DNA of 64,000 nucleotides from Longimicrobiales bacterium (GTDB lineage Bacteria; Gemmatimonadota; Gemmatimonadetes; Longimicrobiales; Gaopeijiaceae): NCBI GenBank assembly GCA_963422615.1, contig OY730414.1, positions 1,346,302 to 1,410,301 of the forward strand, read 5' to 3'. Shown piece by piece: positions 61,022 to 64,000 of this stretch (position 1 is its first letter; each line of letters starts with the position of its first letter). The notes under the pieces were generated by a model. It saw only the letters and a program-made list of their open reading frames with translations, ran no database searches and was not told where the DNA came from. The position numbers and the translations under genes were made by a program.

Positions 61022-62871
61022 AACGGGGCTTGATACCGCTGCGGTTGACGAGCATCCCCAGAGGGTGGCCTATGCATCTGGTGTGTGGAATGTTGGCTGT
61101 GGCATGCGTGGCCGCTAGTGAGGCGTCGGGCCAAGTCGTTCGGGGACGTATCGGCGATGGCGGAGACGATCAGGGAGTTGGTGGGGCGATGGTCACGCTG
61201 CTGGATCGCAGCAGTGTAGAGCAGGATCGGACTCTGACACGTAGCGATGGCCACTTCTTGGTTCAAGCGCGTGAGTCTGGGGAGTTTCGGGTCAGAGTCG
61301 AACGGATCGGGTACGCTACGACGTTTTCTGAGTTCGTCCGTGTTGCGGTTGGCGACACGGTAACGCTTGACGTTTCATCGGTACCAGAAGCCATTCGGCT
61401 CGATGGCGTTGTAGCGTCTGCTGATCGCCGTTGCACGCTCCGCCCCACGGAAGCACTCGCCGTCGCTAGGGTATGGGACGAGGCCCGCAAGGCGCTGGCG
61501 GCGACAGCTTGGACGGCGGACCGCAAGCTGCACCGGTACGAGACGCTGAGGACCGAGCGCAGACTGGACACAGAGGGAAGGAAGGTCGAGTCGGAGACCC
61601 GGCTCTATGAACAACGGCGCGCGTCGGTGCCGTTTTCAGCTCGGTCGGCGGATTCGCTTATGGCCCACGGCTTTGTTCACATAACGTCCTCGGAGATCCT
61701 GTTCTGGGGACCTGACGCCGAAGTTCTGCTTTCCGACGCCTTTCTGGACGCCCACTGCTTCCGCCTAGCGCCAAGTGGCGACGGCGAAAATGATGCGATA
61801 GGCATTGAGTTTCAACCTGCGGAAGCGGGTGGCCCGCCGGATATCGCGGGAACGATGTGGCTTGACCGGCGGACAGCGCATTTGCGGAGGGTGGATTTCC
61901 GGTTTGTGAACTTGAGTGTTCCGTCGTGGCTTCTCGACGCGGAGCCCGGCGGCAGCGTCGACTTTCTCACGCTGCCCGATGGCACGTGGATTGTTCCCGC
62001 TTGGCACCTGCGGATGTTCCGTGCGGGTGACGGCGGCGAGCATCCACTCACCGGACGCCCGTACCCCACGCTCGAGGGGATCACGATCGAGACCGGGCGC
62101 GTTTTGCGCGCCCACGGCGAGGGCGGCGTCGTCTTCGAGAGCGCCCCGGGATACCGCATCGCCGGGATGGTCCGGGACAGTCTCGGCAACGCGCTAAGCG
62201 ACGCACGCGTGTTCCTATCTGGATCCGGTGCCGAGGCCACGACTGATTCAGCCGGTCGCTTTGAGTTGGCGCACCTCGCGCCCGCCGAGTACACGCTCTA
62301 CGTCAGCCATCCCTACCTCGATGCGGTGTGGCATCCGCCAACGCCCTTCACCGTGACCATAGCGAAATCGGCGGCGGAACCCGTGCCGGTCGTCTTCGAC
62401 GCGCCACCGCTGAAAGAGGTTCTCCCACGCATTTGCGACAGTGCCGATCCTCCTTCACCGATGCTTTCAACAACGTCACCGCCCAAGATGATATCCCGCG
62501 CGGGGATCCTGACGGGTCATGTGACGGACCAAGGGGGCGTACCCCTGGCAGGTGTCCGCGTGGTAATCTTGCCTGCGGCCTATGCGGTCACCGACCTGAT
62601 GGACCCGAAGAAAATGAGGGCCATGGCAAAAGCCAATCTACGGTCGCCGATCGTGGCGAAAACCAGTTCCGATGGCTTCTACCGGGCGTGTTGGGTACCG
62701 GTGGACATGCCTCTGGAAGTGGTGGTCTTGACGGAGGATGACTTCGACGAAGATCAGCTTGACCTGTTGCAAGACTTACGCACGTCCTTCCCGGAACGGC
62801 ACGTGCGGGCCCTCACCATCGATCCACAATCGCCGCATAGGTATTTGAGGCTCCGAGACGACAGGGATTAG
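61018..62871 (+). CDS. Protein with three carboxypeptidase-regulatory-like (CarbopepD_reg) domains
   Basis: VRGRIGDGGDDQGVGGAMVTLLD...SDGHF, IAGMVRDSLGNALSDARVFL...DSAGRFEL, and LTGHVTDQGGVPLAGVRVVILP. Confidence 0.7.
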   Translation: MKRGLIPLRLTSIPRGWPMHLVCGMLAVACVAASEASGQVVRGRIGDGGDDQGVGGAMVTLLDRSSVEQDRTLTRSDGHFLVQARESGEFRVRVERIGYATTFSEFVRVAVGDTVTLDVSSVPEAIRLDGVVASADRRCTLRPTEALAVARVWDEARKALAATAWTADRKLHRYETLRTERRLDTEGRKVESETRLYEQRRASVPFSARSADSLMAHGFVHITSSEILFWGPDAEVLLSDAFLDAHCFRLAPSGDGENDAIGIEFQPAEAGGPPDIAGTMWLDRRTAHLRRVDFRFVNLSVPSWLLDAEPGGSVDFLTLPDGTWIVPAWHLRMFRAGDGGEHPLTGRPYPTLEGITIETGRVLRAHGEGGVVFESAPGYRIAGMVRDSLGNALSDARVFLSGSGAEATTDSAGRFELAHLAPAEYTLYVSHPYLDAVWHPPTPFTVTIAKSAAEPVPVVFDAPPLKEVLPRICDSADPPSPMLSTTSPPKMISRAGILTGHVTDQGGVPLAGVRVVILPAAYAVTDLMDPKKMRAMAKANLRSPIVAKTSSDGFYRACWVPVDMPLEVVVLTEDDFDEDQLDLLQDLRTSFPERHVRALTIDPQSPHRYLRLRDDRD

Positions 62872-63240
62872 TCGACGAATGCCTGGCCAACTTCAATCAA
62901 ACGCGCCGCCACCGTAGCGGATCGCGCACACGCGCTTCATCGTTACACGGGGTGCTAATCTTCTCGTGCTGGACCCCTTTCGTGGAATCAGAACCGTAAC
63001 GGCTGCGGACTTTCTTGGACTCGGGGTTCGAATCGTAAAGACAATTTGACGTGAAGCTGATTCCAGCGCGGTCAGCGTCCAAGGGGGTTCGCCAGGCCGG
63101 GACTTTCCCGCCATTCGTGTACGGGGGGATCAGACATGCCACCACGGCAAGAAAACGCAGATCGTGCAGCCCTATATGTAGTTAGCCGATTCCTTGCCGT
63201 GATTCAGACCACCGACAGTTCGCTGTCTCATCGGTCTCGT

Positions 63241-64000
63241 TTACGCCGTTCTCCTTCCGCTCCGCTGTCGCAGCCACGCCACCGTCAATAGGAGCGATAC
63301 CGCGAAGACGATCAGTAAAGTTGCGACGGCCAGGATGGCCGGGCTGATCTGCTCCCGGACCCCGGCCCACATCTGGCGCGGAATCGTGCGCTGCTCCACG
63401 CCGGCCATGAATAGCACCACGACCACCTCGTCGAACGATGTGGCGAAGGCGAAGAGGGCCCCCGAGAGGACCCCGGGGACGATCAGCGGCAGCTGTACCT
63501 GCCGGAAGATACGCAAGGGCCCGGCCCCCATGCTGGCGGCGGCTCGGGTCAGGTTCGGGTTGAACCCGGACAGCGTGGCGGTCACCGTGATTACCACGAA
63601 GGGGGTGCCCATCGCCGCGTGGGCCAAGATCAGTCCGACGTGGGTTTGGGTCAGGCCCAGACGGGAGTAGAAGAAGAACATGCCGGCGGCGGAGACGATT
63701 ACCGGTGTCACCAGGGGGGAGATCAGCAATCCCGTCACAAAGCGACGGGCGGGCATGGCCGGACTGGCCAACCCCAAGGCGGCGAGGGTGCCCAGCCCGG
63801 TTGCCAGGGCCGTGGCCGACCCGCCGATGATCAGGCTGTTGGCGAGTCCTCCGGTCCAGGCTTCGTCTGCCATGATCTGGCGGTACCAGCGCAGGGAGTA
63901 CGCGTCCGGGTCGAACCGAAGCATCCCTTCGGTGAAGGTGAAATAGGGCTGAGCGTTGAAGCTCAGCGGCACGATCACCAAGATCGGGGCGAGCAGGAAG
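63241..64000 (-). CDS. ABC transporter permease (binding-protein-dependent inner-membrane component, PotC/CysW-like); N-terminus beyond window end
   Basis: EAA-like loop AASMGAGPLRIFRQVQLPLIVPG plus multiple TM helices. The ORF is still open at position 64000. Confidence 0.85.
   Translation of the reverse strand, partial: FLLAPILVIVPLSFNAQPYFTFTEGMLRFDPDAYSLRWYRQIMADEAWTGGLANSLIIGGSATALATGLGTLAALGLASPAMPARRFVTGLLISPLVTPVIVSAAGMFFFYSRLGLTQTHVGLILAHAAMGTPFVVITVTATLSGFNPNLTRAAASMGAGPLRIFRQVQLPLIVPGVLSGALFAFATSFDEVVVVLFMAGVEQRTIPRQMWAGVREQISPAILAVATLLIVFAVSLLLTVAWLRQRSGRRTA

Overview
High-GC (~68%) bacterial chromosomal window; the gene content (RND efflux operon with TolC-like OMF, beta-barrel OMPs, lipoproteins) looks diderm. 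The left 18.5 kb is a defence/mobile island, and the clearest odd structure in the window is an apparent invertible methyltransferase cassette, which may be a previously undescribed system. The island holds (1) an SNF2/DEAH SF2 helicase that runs off the left edge, divergent from a PHP-domain/Rad50-like ABC ATPase (resembles the single-gene defence protein Ppl) that is translationally coupled to an AlbA_2/HATPase_c_4 protein. (2) It holds a DUF1156 (N6-adenine methyltransferase family) / DUF499 (Swt1-like HEPN plus P-loop ATPase) RM-like module. The DUF1156 gene is present as two inverted, partly 100%-identical copies flanking a tandem pair of tyrosine-recombinase genes (one intact, one frameshifted). 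From 19 kb onward the window is mostly housekeeping: a thiolase-BioY-HBD-ACAD-Leu/Glu-DH operon, glyA, nnr, thiL, plsC, eno, ftsB, an SPFH gene, tRNA-Met, a three-gene RND efflux operon, an ankyrin-repeat protein, an S9 peptidase, a stand-alone rpsN paralog, tRNA-Ala and OM proteins. The last 5 kb is a lower-GC cluster encoding a secreted Cys/Trp-rich small peptide with a beta-propeller, a thioredoxin-like lipoprotein and a CarbopepD_reg protein. Several genes carry single-nucleotide frameshifts at G/C homopolymer runs, so assembly indels and genuine pseudogenisation cannot be separated from sequence alone. No CRISPR array, rRNA or IS transposase was seen. Gene starts are inferred from motif position, overlaps and RBS-like purine runs. 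The supplied ORF track gives maximal ORFs, not true starts.
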